This document shows, piece by piece, positions 1 to 8,259 of a stretch of DNA of 44,057 nucleotides. Within the stretch, counting starts at the first letter, position 1. Every line of letters starts with the position of its first letter. Location of the stretch: positions 1 through 44,057 of the forward strand of contig SKOK01000019.1 in assembly GCA_007120085.1 (NCBI GenBank). The letters are read 5' to 3'. The notes under the pieces are model-generated. The model had not been told where the DNA came from. It made no database searches and saw only the letters and a program-made list of their open reading frames with translations. The stretch comes from Bacteroidales bacterium (GTDB taxonomy: Bacteria; Bacteroidota; Bacteroidia; Bacteroidales; UBA7960). Made by a program: the position numbers and the translations under genes.

Positions 1-90
1 AGTCCGTTAAGTCCCGTAGGGACGATATATATCAAGCGTTTCATAGCCAGCACACATTTTTTCCCGGACAGCAGTGATTATCAATCACAA

Positions 91-148
91 CCCAACAACC
101 AGAAACCAGAAACCAGAAACCAGAAACCATGAACCCGTAACCATAAAC
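91..148 (-). repeat. Period-7 tandem array (about 8 units) abutting the kdsD stop codon. The minus strand reads GGTTTATGG TTACGGG TTCATGG (TTTCTGG)x4 TTGTTGG.
   Basis: Direct reading. CCAGAAA occurs 4 times at 99-126, then CCATGAA, CCCGTAA and CCATAAA up to 147. The stop codon (TAG on the minus strand) is at 149-151. It shares ATGGTTACGGGTTCAT with the array at 3501. Confidence 0.85.
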
Positions 149-1117
149 CTATATTATTCCTTCATCCAGTATGTCGTGAAGGTGCACTACGCCTTTATAA
201 TCGTCATTATCAACAACGAGCAGTTGTGTGATGTTATTTTGCCGCATCAATTGCAGGGCATCAACTGCCAGGGTTTGGCTGCTGATGGTTTTTGGGTTTG
301 CCGTCATGATGTCTTTGGCCTTTACTGTTGACAGGTCTTGTCCTTTTTCGAGCATACGTCTGAGGTCACCATCGGTAATGATGCCCAACAGTTTATTGTT
401 GTTCATCACAGCTGTTACGCCGAGCATTTTCCCCGAGATCTCAATGATGAGTGTTTTGATGTCGTCGTTTAAATCCACGGCAGGTCTGGCATTTTTCGGA
501 TACAGGTTTTCTGCTTTCATGTAAAGCTGTTTCCCCAGCGAACCGCCCGGATGATATCTTGCGAAATCCTGTGCTGTAAAACCGCGGCACTGAAGGAGAG
601 CCATGGCAACGGCATCGCCCATAACGAGCTGTGCAGTGGTGCTGCATGTTGGTGCCGGATTGCCTGGGGTTGCCTCTTGTTCAACGGTGGTGTTGATGAT
701 GATGTCAGATTGTAATGCCAGGAATGAGTTTGTATTCCCCACCATGCCGATCAATGCGGCGCCAAGACTTTTTAACATCGGCGTCAGCACTTTAATTTCA
801 GGGGTATTGCCACTGTTGCTTATGCAAACAACCACATCCTCCTTCTGTATGATGCCAAGGTCGCCGTGAATGGCATCTGCGGCGTGCATAAATATGGCTG
901 GTGTGCCGGTAGAATTAAACGTGGCAACAATCTTGGCCGCGATGCTTGCACTTTTCCCGATCCCTGTTATAACGACTCTTCCCTTGCAATTGAAAATGAG
1001 CTCCACGGCCTTAGCGAATTCATCATCAATATAATCTTTAAGTCTTTTTATCGCAATATACTCATCTTCTATAGTGGATAATGCAATATGTTTAATGGCT
1101 TCAAAGTTTTTCTCCAT
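149..1117 (-). CDS. kdsD: Arabinose-5-phosphate isomerase, KpsF/GutQ (KdsD) family: SIS domain plus two CBS domains
   Basis: 322 aa. SIS motif VVITGIGKSASIAAKIVATFNSTGTPAIFMHAADAIHGDLG. The C-terminal tandem CBS region ends ...VVHLHDIL. Confidence 0.85.
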   Translation of the reverse strand: MEKNFEAIKHIALSTIEDEYIAIKRLKDYIDDEFAKAVELIFNCKGRVVITGIGKSASIAAKIVATFNSTGTPAIFMHAADAIHGDLGIIQKEDVVVCISNSGNTPEIKVLTPMLKSLGAALIGMVGNTNSFLALQSDIIINTTVEQEATPGNPAPTCSTTAQLVMGDAVAMALLQCRGFTAQDFARYHPGGSLGKQLYMKAENLYPKNARPAVDLNDDIKTLIIEISGKMLGVTAVMNNNKLLGIITDGDLRRMLEKGQDLSTVKAKDIMTANPKTISSQTLAVDALQLMRQNNITQLLVVDNDDYKGVVHLHDILDEGII

Positions 1118-1172
1118 TATATTATTGAAAAAAGAGTTGTTTATAAGTAATAATAGTACTAAATTTACATTA

Positions 1173-1180
1173 CAAACCTA
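1173..1180 (-). promoter_or_regulatory. Candidate Bacteroidota -7 promoter box (TAGGTTTG on the minus strand) upstream of kdsD
   Basis: Matches TAnnTTTG and lies 56 nt upstream of the ATG at 1117. No clear -33 TTTG was seen. Confidence 0.25.
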
Positions 1181-1301
1181 CGAGATTTTTCTCAATAATG
1201 GTTGAAATCTTAGGTTATTCATACGTGTATTTGTTTTATGTTCTTTAGATTGAGGGGTTTATCTCAACTTTAAGTAGTAATTGATTTTTATAAGATATGT
1301 C

Positions 1302-3500
1302 ATGGAGGTAACAGCAGATGTTTCTTTGCGTGAACTGTTGAAGCAGATTTTTGGTTACGGTAATTTCAAGGGTGATCAGGAAGCGATTGTCAGAAGCTTG
1401 CTTGATGGTAACGATTCATTTGTGATTATGCCCACGGGAGGCGGCAAGTCTATGTGCTACCAGCTTCCTGCCTTAATTGGCAGTGGTACTGCCATCATTG
1501 TTTCGCCTTTGATTGCCCTGATGAAAAACCAGGTTGATGCCATTCGCAATTTTGCTTCATACGATGGCATTGCGCATGTGTTGAATTCTTCGCTAAGTCG
1601 TGCAGAGGTACTGCAGGTGAAGAGCGACCTGAGCAGCGGTCTTACAAAATTACTGTATGTGGCGCCAGAGTCACTCACAAAGGAGGAGAACGTTGCCTTC
1701 CTTAAAACCCTTGATATTTCATTTTTTGCTGTTGATGAGGCCCATTGCATTTCCGAATGGGGGCATGATTTCCGGCCAGAGTACCGCAGGTTGCGTCCGA
1801 TCATTGATGCCCTCGAGAAAAAGGTTCCCGTGATAGCCCTGACGGCCACGGCAACACCCAAGGTGCAACAGGATATCCAGAAAAACCTGGGTATGATGAA
1901 CTCCCAACGATTCATCTCCTCCTTTAATCGTCCTAACCTTTATTACGAAATTCGGCCCAAAACAAAAAACATCACTCGCGACATCATTCGCTATGTGAAG
2001 TCGCAGGAGGGTAAGTCGGGTATCATTTACTGCCTGAGCCGGAAAAAAGTGGAAGAACTGGCAGCGACATTGCAGGTCAATAATGTCAGAGCCCTTCCGT
2101 ATCACGCCGGATTAGATTCTCCCGTAAGGGTTTCCAACCAGGATCAGTTTCTGATGGAAGACGCTGAAGTGATTGTGGCCACCATTGCATTTGGGATGGG
2201 GATCGATAAACCAGATGTACGCTATGTGATCCATCACGACATCCCCAAAAGTCTTGAAGCCTATTACCAGGAGACAGGCAGGGCCGGTCGCGACGAAGGG
2301 GAAGGCAACTGCATCGCATTCTATTCGTATGAAGACATCCAGAAAATGGAGAAATTTCTGAAAGGGAAACCTGTTGCAGAACAGGAGATTGGCATGCAAC
2401 TGCTGATGGAAACCGTTGCCTATGCAGAATCTTCCATTTGCCGGCGAAAAACACTGCTGAATTACTTTGGTGAGATTTATGAAAAAGAAAATTGCGGATC
2501 TTGCGATAATTGTTTAAATCCGAAGGAAAAATTTGAAGGAAAAGAATATATTTGCCAGCTGTTAGAAACTGTTTTGGCAGTAAAAGAGATTTTTAAACCT
2601 AAACATGTAATAAACGTACTTATGGGCAAAAGTACCGCTACCGTCAAATCTTGCAAGCATAACAAGTTAGAGGTTTTTGGAAAGGGTGCCGACTATGACC
2701 AGAAATTCTGGTATGCCGTTTTGCGCCAGTCCTTGATTGAAAGGTTACTTGAAAAAGATATTGAGGATTATGGGACACTGAAACTTACCGATGACGGCAA
2801 GGCTTTTCTTGAGAACCCGAAATCGGTGATGATGAGCAAAGACCACGATTATGAGAATCCTGAGGAGGGTGAGGCACTTTCCGGGATGGTGCAGAAAACG
2901 AGTGCCACCGATAAGGTGCTTTTTGCGCTTTTAAAAGATTTGCGGAAACAAATCGCGCGCAAGCATAACCTGCCACCTTTTGTAATCTTCCAGGATCCGT
3001 CTCTTGAGGACATGGCCATACAGTATCCGGTCAAAATTGACGAGCTAAAGCAAATTACCGGTGTAGGATCTGGCAAGGCTGAGCGATTCGGCCGGCCATT
3101 CATTGAGTTGATTTCAAGATATGTTGAAGAAAATGAGATCGAACGGCCAATGGATATGGTCGTTAAATCCGTTGTTAATAAATCCGGACTGAAAGTTTAT
3201 CTCATCAGAAACATTGACCGCAAGGTTTCGCTCGAAGACCTTGCTGATGCAAAAGGGATTGATTTTGATGAGCTCCTTCACGAACTGGAAAGCATCGTAG
3301 CATCCGGAACCAAGATCGATATCCGATACTATATCAATGAAGTAGTGGATGTTGACAAACAGGAGGAAATATTTGATTATTTTAAGACTGCCGAAACCGA
3401 TTCATTTAAAGATGCCCTTGAAGAGCTTGGTGAAGATGACTTTACGGAAGAAGAAGTCCGGCTGATGCGTATCCGTTTTATGTCCGAAATGGGGAACTAA
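1302..3500 (+). CDS. recQ: ATP-dependent DNA helicase RecQ
   Basis: The ORF track starts at TTG 1281; the first ATG is at 1302 (MEVTADVSLRELLKQIFGY...). Walker A is MPTGGGKS and the DEAH box is FAVDEAHCISEWGHDFRPEY. It also has a zinc-finger/RQC region and a C-terminal HRDC-like segment (FQDPSLEDMAIQYP...ITGVG). Confidence 0.92.
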   Translation: MEVTADVSLRELLKQIFGYGNFKGDQEAIVRSLLDGNDSFVIMPTGGGKSMCYQLPALIGSGTAIIVSPLIALMKNQVDAIRNFASYDGIAHVLNSSLSRAEVLQVKSDLSSGLTKLLYVAPESLTKEENVAFLKTLDISFFAVDEAHCISEWGHDFRPEYRRLRPIIDALEKKVPVIALTATATPKVQQDIQKNLGMMNSQRFISSFNRPNLYYEIRPKTKNITRDIIRYVKSQEGKSGIIYCLSRKKVEELAATLQVNNVRALPYHAGLDSPVRVSNQDQFLMEDAEVIVATIAFGMGIDKPDVRYVIHHDIPKSLEAYYQETGRAGRDEGEGNCIAFYSYEDIQKMEKFLKGKPVAEQEIGMQLLMETVAYAESSICRRKTLLNYFGEIYEKENCGSCDNCLNPKEKFEGKEYICQLLETVLAVKEIFKPKHVINVLMGKSTATVKSCKHNKLEVFGKGADYDQKFWYAVLRQSLIERLLEKDIEDYGTLKLTDDGKAFLENPKSVMMSKDHDYENPEEGEALSGMVQKTSATDKVLFALLKDLRKQIARKHNLPPFVIFQDPSLEDMAIQYPVKIDELKQITGVGSGKAERFGRPFIELISRYVEENEIERPMDMVVKSVVNKSGLKVYLIRNIDRKVSLEDLADAKGIDFDELLHELESIVASGTKIDIRYYINEVVDVDKQEEIFDYFKTAETDSFKDALEELGEDDFTEEEVRLMRIRFMSEMGN

Positions 3501-3563
3501 CTGCTGGGTCATGGCTCACAGTTCATGGTTACGGGTTCATCGTATCCATATCCCAGGTTACTG
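3501..3563 (+). repeat. Period-7 tandem array starting immediately after the recQ TAA stop
   Basis: The units are CTGCTGG GTCATGG CTCACAG TTCATGG TTACGGG TTCATCG, then degenerate units. It contains the shared core ATGGTTACGGGTTCAT. Confidence 0.8.
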
Positions 3564-3643
3564 AAACCGGCTCTTGATCACCTGCTTTACAGGTTCAGTC
3601 AGTTTTGTTTTTCAACGCTGGTTTTTGTACAGATTAAATTGAT

Positions 3644-3651
3644 TATGTTTG
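3644..3651 (+). promoter_or_regulatory. Candidate -7 box TATGTTTG for the OmpH-like gene, with a possible -33 TTTG at 3624-3627
   Basis: Matches TAnnTTTG, lies 45 nt upstream of ATG 3696, and has a TTTG 16 nt upstream. Confidence 0.35.
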
Positions 3652-3695
3652 GATTAGATAGATTAATCATTTTTTTATAATTATTTAATTAGAAG

Positions 3696-4325
3696 ATGGC
3701 AAAGCAGAAAGTTTATTCGGTTGGGATAATCATCAACATTGTGCTGTTTGTTGGGTTGGTGGTATTGTATGTCTTGCATTTCCGTGGTGGTGATGGAGAG
3801 GTGCTGGAGGGTGCACGACCTGCAGTGGCTGTTGAGCGACAGCTGGATCAGGTTGGCAAGCTGATCGCCTTTGTTGATAATGAGATATTGATGGAAGACT
3901 ATAAACTGGCTGTAAAGATGCGCACAGACTTTGAGGCCGAACAACGCCGGCTTGAGAACGATCTGGACAGGCGGCAGCGCAACTTCCAGGTTGAGGTGGA
4001 ACGTTTTCAGCGCGACATAGAACGGGGACACGTTACCATGGAGCAGGCGCAAGTGCTGGAGCAGGAGCTGATGCGGCAACAACAGGATCTTTATCAGCTG
4101 AGTGATACTTATCGTGACCGCCTGGCGAGAAAGGAGTTTGAGATGAACAGTGAACTGCTTGACAATATCAGGGACTTCCTGGATCGTTATAATGAGGATA
4201 AAGATTTTGATTTCATTCTTGGTTATGCACGGGGAGGAGGCATACTTCATGCCAATGAAGCCCACAATATCACCGATGAGGTATTGAGGTTGCTCAATGA
4301 GGAGTATGAGCAAACGCTCAATTGA
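3696..4325 (+). CDS. OmpH/Skp-like periplasmic chaperone family protein
   Basis: 209 aa with an N-terminal hydrophobic anchor (VGIIINIVLFVGLVVLYVL). A long charged coiled-coil region follows (EAEQRRLENDLDRRQRNFQVEVERFQRD...), and the tail (FDFILGY...ILHANEAHNITDEVL) is typical of OmpH family members. Confidence 0.6.
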   Translation: MAKQKVYSVGIIINIVLFVGLVVLYVLHFRGGDGEVLEGARPAVAVERQLDQVGKLIAFVDNEILMEDYKLAVKMRTDFEAEQRRLENDLDRRQRNFQVEVERFQRDIERGHVTMEQAQVLEQELMRQQQDLYQLSDTYRDRLARKEFEMNSELLDNIRDFLDRYNEDKDFDFILGYARGGGILHANEAHNITDEVLRLLNEEYEQTLN

Positions 4326-4817
4326 TTACTGGTTTTTGTATTTTAAGATTTCTTCGGTAAAGTACTCCAGGTTCACTCCGGCATCGGCAAACATTTTTTC
4401 GGATTCCTGGCCGGAGTGATATTTTTTCTCACACACAACACGTTTGATTCCACAGTTGATAATCAGCATTGCACATACGCGGCAGGGGGTCATCCTGCAG
4501 TAGAGTGTTGCCCCTGAAATGCTGATGCCGAGCCGGGCTGCCTGGCAGATGGCATTCTGTTCGGCATGCACGGTGCGCACACAATGCATGGTGGTGTGTC
4601 CGTCTTCGTGCAAGACCTTTTTCATCTGGTGTCCGGCATCATCACAGTGGGGCAGTCCGATAGGGGATCCAACATACCCGGTAACAAGTATTTGCCTGTC
4701 GCGAGCGATCACGCAGCCGCTGCGCCCGCGATCACATGTGGCTCGCTTGCTTACAGTGTGAGCAATTTCCATGAAATATTCGTCCCAGCTCGGCCGGCGG
4801 TAGGCATCATCATTCAT
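4326..4817 (-). CDS. Deoxycytidylate (dCMP) deaminase, ComEB family
   Basis: 163 aa. Zinc-binding motifs HAEQNAI and PCRVCAMLI (PCxxC) are present in the usual cytidine/deoxycytidylate deaminase layout. Confidence 0.85.
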   Translation of the reverse strand: MNDDAYRRPSWDEYFMEIAHTVSKRATCDRGRSGCVIARDRQILVTGYVGSPIGLPHCDDAGHQMKKVLHEDGHTTMHCVRTVHAEQNAICQAARLGISISGATLYCRMTPCRVCAMLIINCGIKRVVCEKKYHSGQESEKMFADAGVNLEYFTEEILKYKNQ

Positions 4818-4818
4818 C

Positions 4819-5385
4819 TTACTTGCTCTTGAATTTTATGGCGTTGAGAAAGTCTTCCACGCTGCGGTGCAAATTAAGGATGTTGCTGTTGTTTACGATC
4901 ACAAAGTCGGCCACATGGATACATGCCAAAATACTTTGATTATTGGGGTCTGTCGAATGCATCTCCCTTTCTTCGTTCTGCATGAATTTGTGGTATGATA
5001 CCTGGTCGGTTTCAGAGTTCCTGCTTCGAATGCGTTTGTATCTCAGCCGTGCTTCTGCATCCACGGCCAGCAGATAAAAACCTTCATGCTGCCGCAGGTT
5101 GCGGATCTCTTCGGGATTTCTTATGCTTTCAATGATGCTGTTTTGGCCATTTTTCTGTGCTTCTTTGAAAAGCTCTTCAACAAGATGGGAGGGGCCGTGT
5201 TCGGCCCTCAGGCTGTTGGCAATGTTTGTTAGCGTATCCCTGTTCACGGGCATGTTTCGGTTTTCAAGCTCTTTGCGCAAGTAATCCCTTACCGAATAAT
5301 GCCTGAAGCCCTTATTGGTAACAAGGTAATCAACAACTGTGCCTTTTCCCGCACCCAACGTGCCTGTTATACCTATTGTAATCAT
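4819..5385 (-). CDS. P-loop nucleotide/nucleoside-monophosphate kinase-like protein (dephospho-CoA kinase / adenylate kinase superfamily)
   Basis: 188 aa with an N-terminal Walker A (IGITGTLGAGKGTV). Its stop lies 1 nt upstream of the dCMP deaminase start, suggesting an operon. Substrate unknown. Confidence 0.55.
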   Translation of the reverse strand: MITIGITGTLGAGKGTVVDYLVTNKGFRHYSVRDYLRKELENRNMPVNRDTLTNIANSLRAEHGPSHLVEELFKEAQKNGQNSIIESIRNPEEIRNLRQHEGFYLLAVDAEARLRYKRIRSRNSETDQVSYHKFMQNEEREMHSTDPNNQSILACIHVADFVIVNNSNILNLHRSVEDFLNAIKFKSK

Positions 5386-5423
5386 GATAATTTTTTAGTA
5401 AAAGTACAAAAATTTTATTTCCT

Positions 5424-5456
5424 AAAAAGAAAAAGCCCCGTTTGAATAAACGGAGC
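5424..5456 (-). terminator. Rho-independent terminator downstream of csp
   Basis: The minus-strand RNA reads GCUCCGUUU-AUUC-AAACGGGGC followed by UUUUUCUUUUU. This is a 9-bp stem with one G-U pair, 30 nt after the csp stop. Confidence 0.75.
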
Positions 5457-5485
5457 CTTGCAGGCTTTTGAAAAGTTAATGAATT

Positions 5486-5680
5486 TCAGGCTTCCTTTTT
5501 TACATTGATTGCCTTTTTCCCCCTTTCATCTTCAGAGTATTCAAAATTAACACGGTCATCGTTGGCAATGGGGTCCAACAAGCCTGTGTGGTGTACAAAT
5601 ACATCTTTCTCCGTCTTTTCATCGATGATAAATCCATACCCCTTTTTCTCATTAAAAAACTTAACGGTACCGGTTTCCAT
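5486..5680 (-). CDS. Cold-shock protein, CspA family
   Basis: 64 aa with RNP1 KGYGFI and RNP2 VFVHH motifs (GTVKFFNEKKGYGFI...DVFVHHTGL). Confidence 0.9.
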   Translation of the reverse strand: METGTVKFFNEKKGYGFIIDEKTEKDVFVHHTGLLDPIANDDRVNFEYSEDERGKKAINVKKEA

Positions 5681-5820
5681 AATTCGTGTTTTTAGTGGTA
5701 AATTTGGTGAACATTCAAAAATACGATATTTTTTAACAAAAACAATATTTTTTCAAAAAAAATCCAAACAACAAGTGGATTTTTAAGGTTGAACAAGCCG
5801 TAAAGGGAGGGTTTTGGAGA

Positions 5821-5896
5821 AAAATACCGGTGGATAGCTGCAGGTTTCTCAATTTTGCAAGCAGAGAGTCAGGGTTAAACAGACTATCCACCGGTA
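5821..5896 (-). terminator. Long hairpin with a 13-bp perfect stem and U-tract, downstream of the pckA ORF (terminator-like)
   Basis: TACCGGTGGATAG (5825-5837) is the exact reverse complement of CTATCCACCGGTA (5884-5896). The loop is 46 nt. On the minus strand the 3' arm is followed by UUUU. Confidence 0.45.
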
Positions 5897-5917
5897 CTGT
5901 AAAGGTAAGGCTTTTTT

Positions 5918-8176
5918 TTAATATAGAGCCACTTCCTGAAGCAACTGTCTTGGATTTTGAAGCAGCAGGGGATTTTTGTCAGTATGAATGAGTCCGGCAA
6001 TAGACAGACTATGTGCACCAATGATCTCCTGTCCTGCTGAGTTTGTGGTTTTCGTAATCAGCAAAGAGCCTGCCTTGATAACAAATGAAGGAACACTTTC
6101 TGTAACCCGCAGAAGCTCGTCTTTTGCTGCTTGCAGATTTTCATTGCTGCATTTGCCTGTATTGAAGCAAGTTCTGATCTCCCTGATGCGATCATATACG
6201 TCATCCAGCGTAATGTCATCCGCTGACCTGGTCATATGTTGATTAATTCCCGTATGGCTTTTCTCCCTTTCGCAAAACTCAAATCCTGTTGTTCTCAAAA
6301 GTTCAATGACCGCATCCTGGCATTCTTTAACAATTTTGTCAGTTGTGGTTTCAAAATAAGAAACAACGGGCACGTGCCGTTTTAACTTTCTTTTCTTGTA
6401 GTCTGTATTTATTGAGTTGAAAGAAATGTATTCGTTGAAAGAGTTCTGCAGGATGTATATCTGGTCTCTGAGTCTGCTGATCTCTTCGGCATGCTTTTTC
6501 TCAAGTTTATTGATTTTTTTCTCGTAATACTTGTAGTATTGCTTCATGAACTTGTTCTGCGGACCAGCCGCCACCAGCCGCTGTCCCTCTTCCGTGTCAG
6601 TGAACTGTTCGAAATTGGCGATAAACTTTTCGGCCAGGTCGTTTGCCTGTTTCATGTAGGCTGTTTCGTACTTCCAGGTGTTTTTTGGATTCAATATTTG
6701 CGGGTCCACCCCTTTTATTCTTTTCGGTATCATCAGTCCGAACGGTGCAAGCTCTTGAACTTCAGTATTGTCAAGAGACCCGTCGAGGATGGCGTTGATG
6801 ATGCGGCGAGTACTGTCGATATCGATTCGTTTACCAATGCCATAGGGTCCACCGATCCAGCCAGTGTTGACAAGGTATGCGGTTGCCCCGTGTTCCTTCA
6901 TTTTGCGGGCAAGCTCCTGGGCATATATTGTTGGATGAAGCAACAGGAAAGCAGCTCCAAAAGCTGACGAGAAGGTGGGCAGCGGTTCTTTGACACCTCT
7001 TTCAGTGCCGGCCAGTTTGGCAGTGTAGCCACTAAGGAAATAATACATGGCCTGGTCCCTGTTTAAGCGGGCAACCGGCGGGAGAATGCCAAAGGCATCA
7101 GCCGTCAGGAAGATGATCTTTTTAGGATGTGTCCCTTTAGACACAGGCTTTACTATGTTTTTAATGTGATAAAGGGGGTAGGAAACCCTTGTGTTCTCTG
7201 TCTTGCTGGTGTTGCTAAAGTCCACCTCCCCGCTATTGGAGTCAAAAACCACATTTTCCAGCAAGGCATCACGGCGGATGGCATTGTAGATGTCAGGTTC
7301 TTCCTCCTTGCTGAGATTGATGCACTTGGCATAACAGCCCCCTTCAAAATTAAAGATACCATCATTATCCCAGCCATGCTCGTCATCACCAATGAGGTAG
7401 CGGTTAGGGTCGGCCGACAAAGTTGTTTTTCCTGTGCCCGACAGCCCGAAAAATATGGCCGTGTCGCCACTTTTTCCCATATTGGCCGAACAGTGCATCG
7501 CAGCAATGCCCTCCAATGGCAGGTAGTAATTCATTACTGAGAAAAAACCTTTTTTGATCTCCCCTCCATACCAGGTACCACCCACAACCGCGTGGTGCTC
7601 CTTCAGGTTGAACGCGACATATACATCAGAGTTCAGGCCCTGCTCAACCCAGTCTTTGTTGACCGTTTTGCAGGCATTCAGCATCACGAAGTCTGGCTCA
7701 AAATTTTCGAGCTCCTCGTCGGAAGGCCGGATAAACATATTCTTTACAAAGTGTGCCATCCAGGCTACCTCCGTGATTACACGTATTTTGATACGTGTGT
7801 TTTCATTGGCACCGCAGTAAGCGTCCATTACATAAAGCCTTTTCCCGTGAAATTGCTGTATGGTATTCTCCTTAAGCGATTGCCAAACTTCATCGGATAT
7901 GGCCTTGTTATCAGAACGGTTTTTGCCGTCGGCCCACCAGATGTTATCCTGGGAACTGTCTTCGCGCACAATGTATTTGTCCTTCGGTGACCGGCCTGTG
8001 AAAATGCCTGTGTCAACGGCAACGGCGCCGGTGTCGGTTACAAATCCTTTTTCAAAACCTTCAAGTGCCGGATCGGTTTCGTGGTCAAATAATTCTTCAT
8101 AAGAAAGGTTATAAAAAACTTCTTTGGCATCCTTGATGCCATACTGGCTGAGATCTGGGCTTTTTAACTGTTGCAT
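5918..8176 (-). CDS. pckA: ATP-dependent phosphoenolpyruvate carboxykinase (about 540 aa) continuing in frame into a 209-aa unassigned C-terminal extension
   Basis: Residues 1 to about 540 are typical PckA, with [28 protein letters not shown] and a C-terminus ...LVAAGPQ. No stop follows. The frame continues [21 protein letters not shown]... to TAA at 5918-5920. Confidence 0.85.
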   Translation of the reverse strand: MQQLKSPDLSQYGIKDAKEVFYNLSYEELFDHETDPALEGFEKGFVTDTGAVAVDTGIFTGRSPKDKYIVREDSSQDNIWWADGKNRSDNKAISDEVWQSLKENTIQQFHGKRLYVMDAYCGANENTRIKIRVITEVAWMAHFVKNMFIRPSDEELENFEPDFVMLNACKTVNKDWVEQGLNSDVYVAFNLKEHHAVVGGTWYGGEIKKGFFSVMNYYLPLEGIAAMHCSANMGKSGDTAIFFGLSGTGKTTLSADPNRYLIGDDEHGWDNDGIFNFEGGCYAKCINLSKEEEPDIYNAIRRDALLENVVFDSNSGEVDFSNTSKTENTRVSYPLYHIKNIVKPVSKGTHPKKIIFLTADAFGILPPVARLNRDQAMYYFLSGYTAKLAGTERGVKEPLPTFSSAFGAAFLLLHPTIYAQELARKMKEHGATAYLVNTGWIGGPYGIGKRIDIDSTRRIINAILDGSLDNTEVQELAPFGLMIPKRIKGVDPQILNPKNTWKYETAYMKQANDLAEKFIANFEQFTDTEEGQRLVAAGPQNKFMKQYYKYYEKKINKLEKKHAEEISRLRDQIYILQNSFNEYISFNSINTDYKKRKLKRHVPVVSYFETTTDKIVKECQDAVIELLRTTGFEFCEREKSHTGINQHMTRSADDITLDDVYDRIREIRTCFNTGKCSNENLQAAKDELLRVTESVPSFVIKAGSLLITKTTNSAGQEIIGAHSLSIAGLIHTDKNPLLLQNPRQLLQEVALY

Positions 8177-8259
8177 TACACTGTTTGTTTGGGGTTTGTT
8201 TGGGTTTGTTTTTTCTTATCTGTTGTTGATGTCTTTTGCCGGTATTAAGGATATGCCGC

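Noticed and set aside
1-73. Short hairpin GTCCC-GTA-GGGAC (11-23) and surrounding sequence at the window edge, possibly part of a REP-like element
   Set aside because: The stem is only 5 bp, it is truncated by the window boundary, and no second copy occurs in the window.
1281-1301. N-terminal extensions in the ORF track (recQ 1281, guaA 15212, dapB 30321, parA 32861, yggS 15191, nhaC 40611)
   Set aside because: The extensions start at TTG or other upstream codons and add non-conserved residues in front of canonical N-termini (for example MSKVIAIANQKGGVGKTT for ParA). The first ATG giving the family-typical length was preferred.
3681-4313. 210-aa ORF antisense to the OmpH-like gene
   Set aside because: It is a mirror ORF of a coiled-coil gene with biased codons. 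The product is low-complexity and hydrophobic/Leu-Ile-Gln rich, and the sense-strand gene has clear family features.
5825-5896. The arms CTATCCACC / GGTGGATAG resemble DnaA boxes (TTATCCACA), and the window contains parAB, so an origin of replication was considered
   Set aside because: There are only two 7/9 matches, and they are simply the two arms of one hairpin. There is no cluster of boxes, no AT-rich unwinding element, and no dnaA or dnaN nearby.
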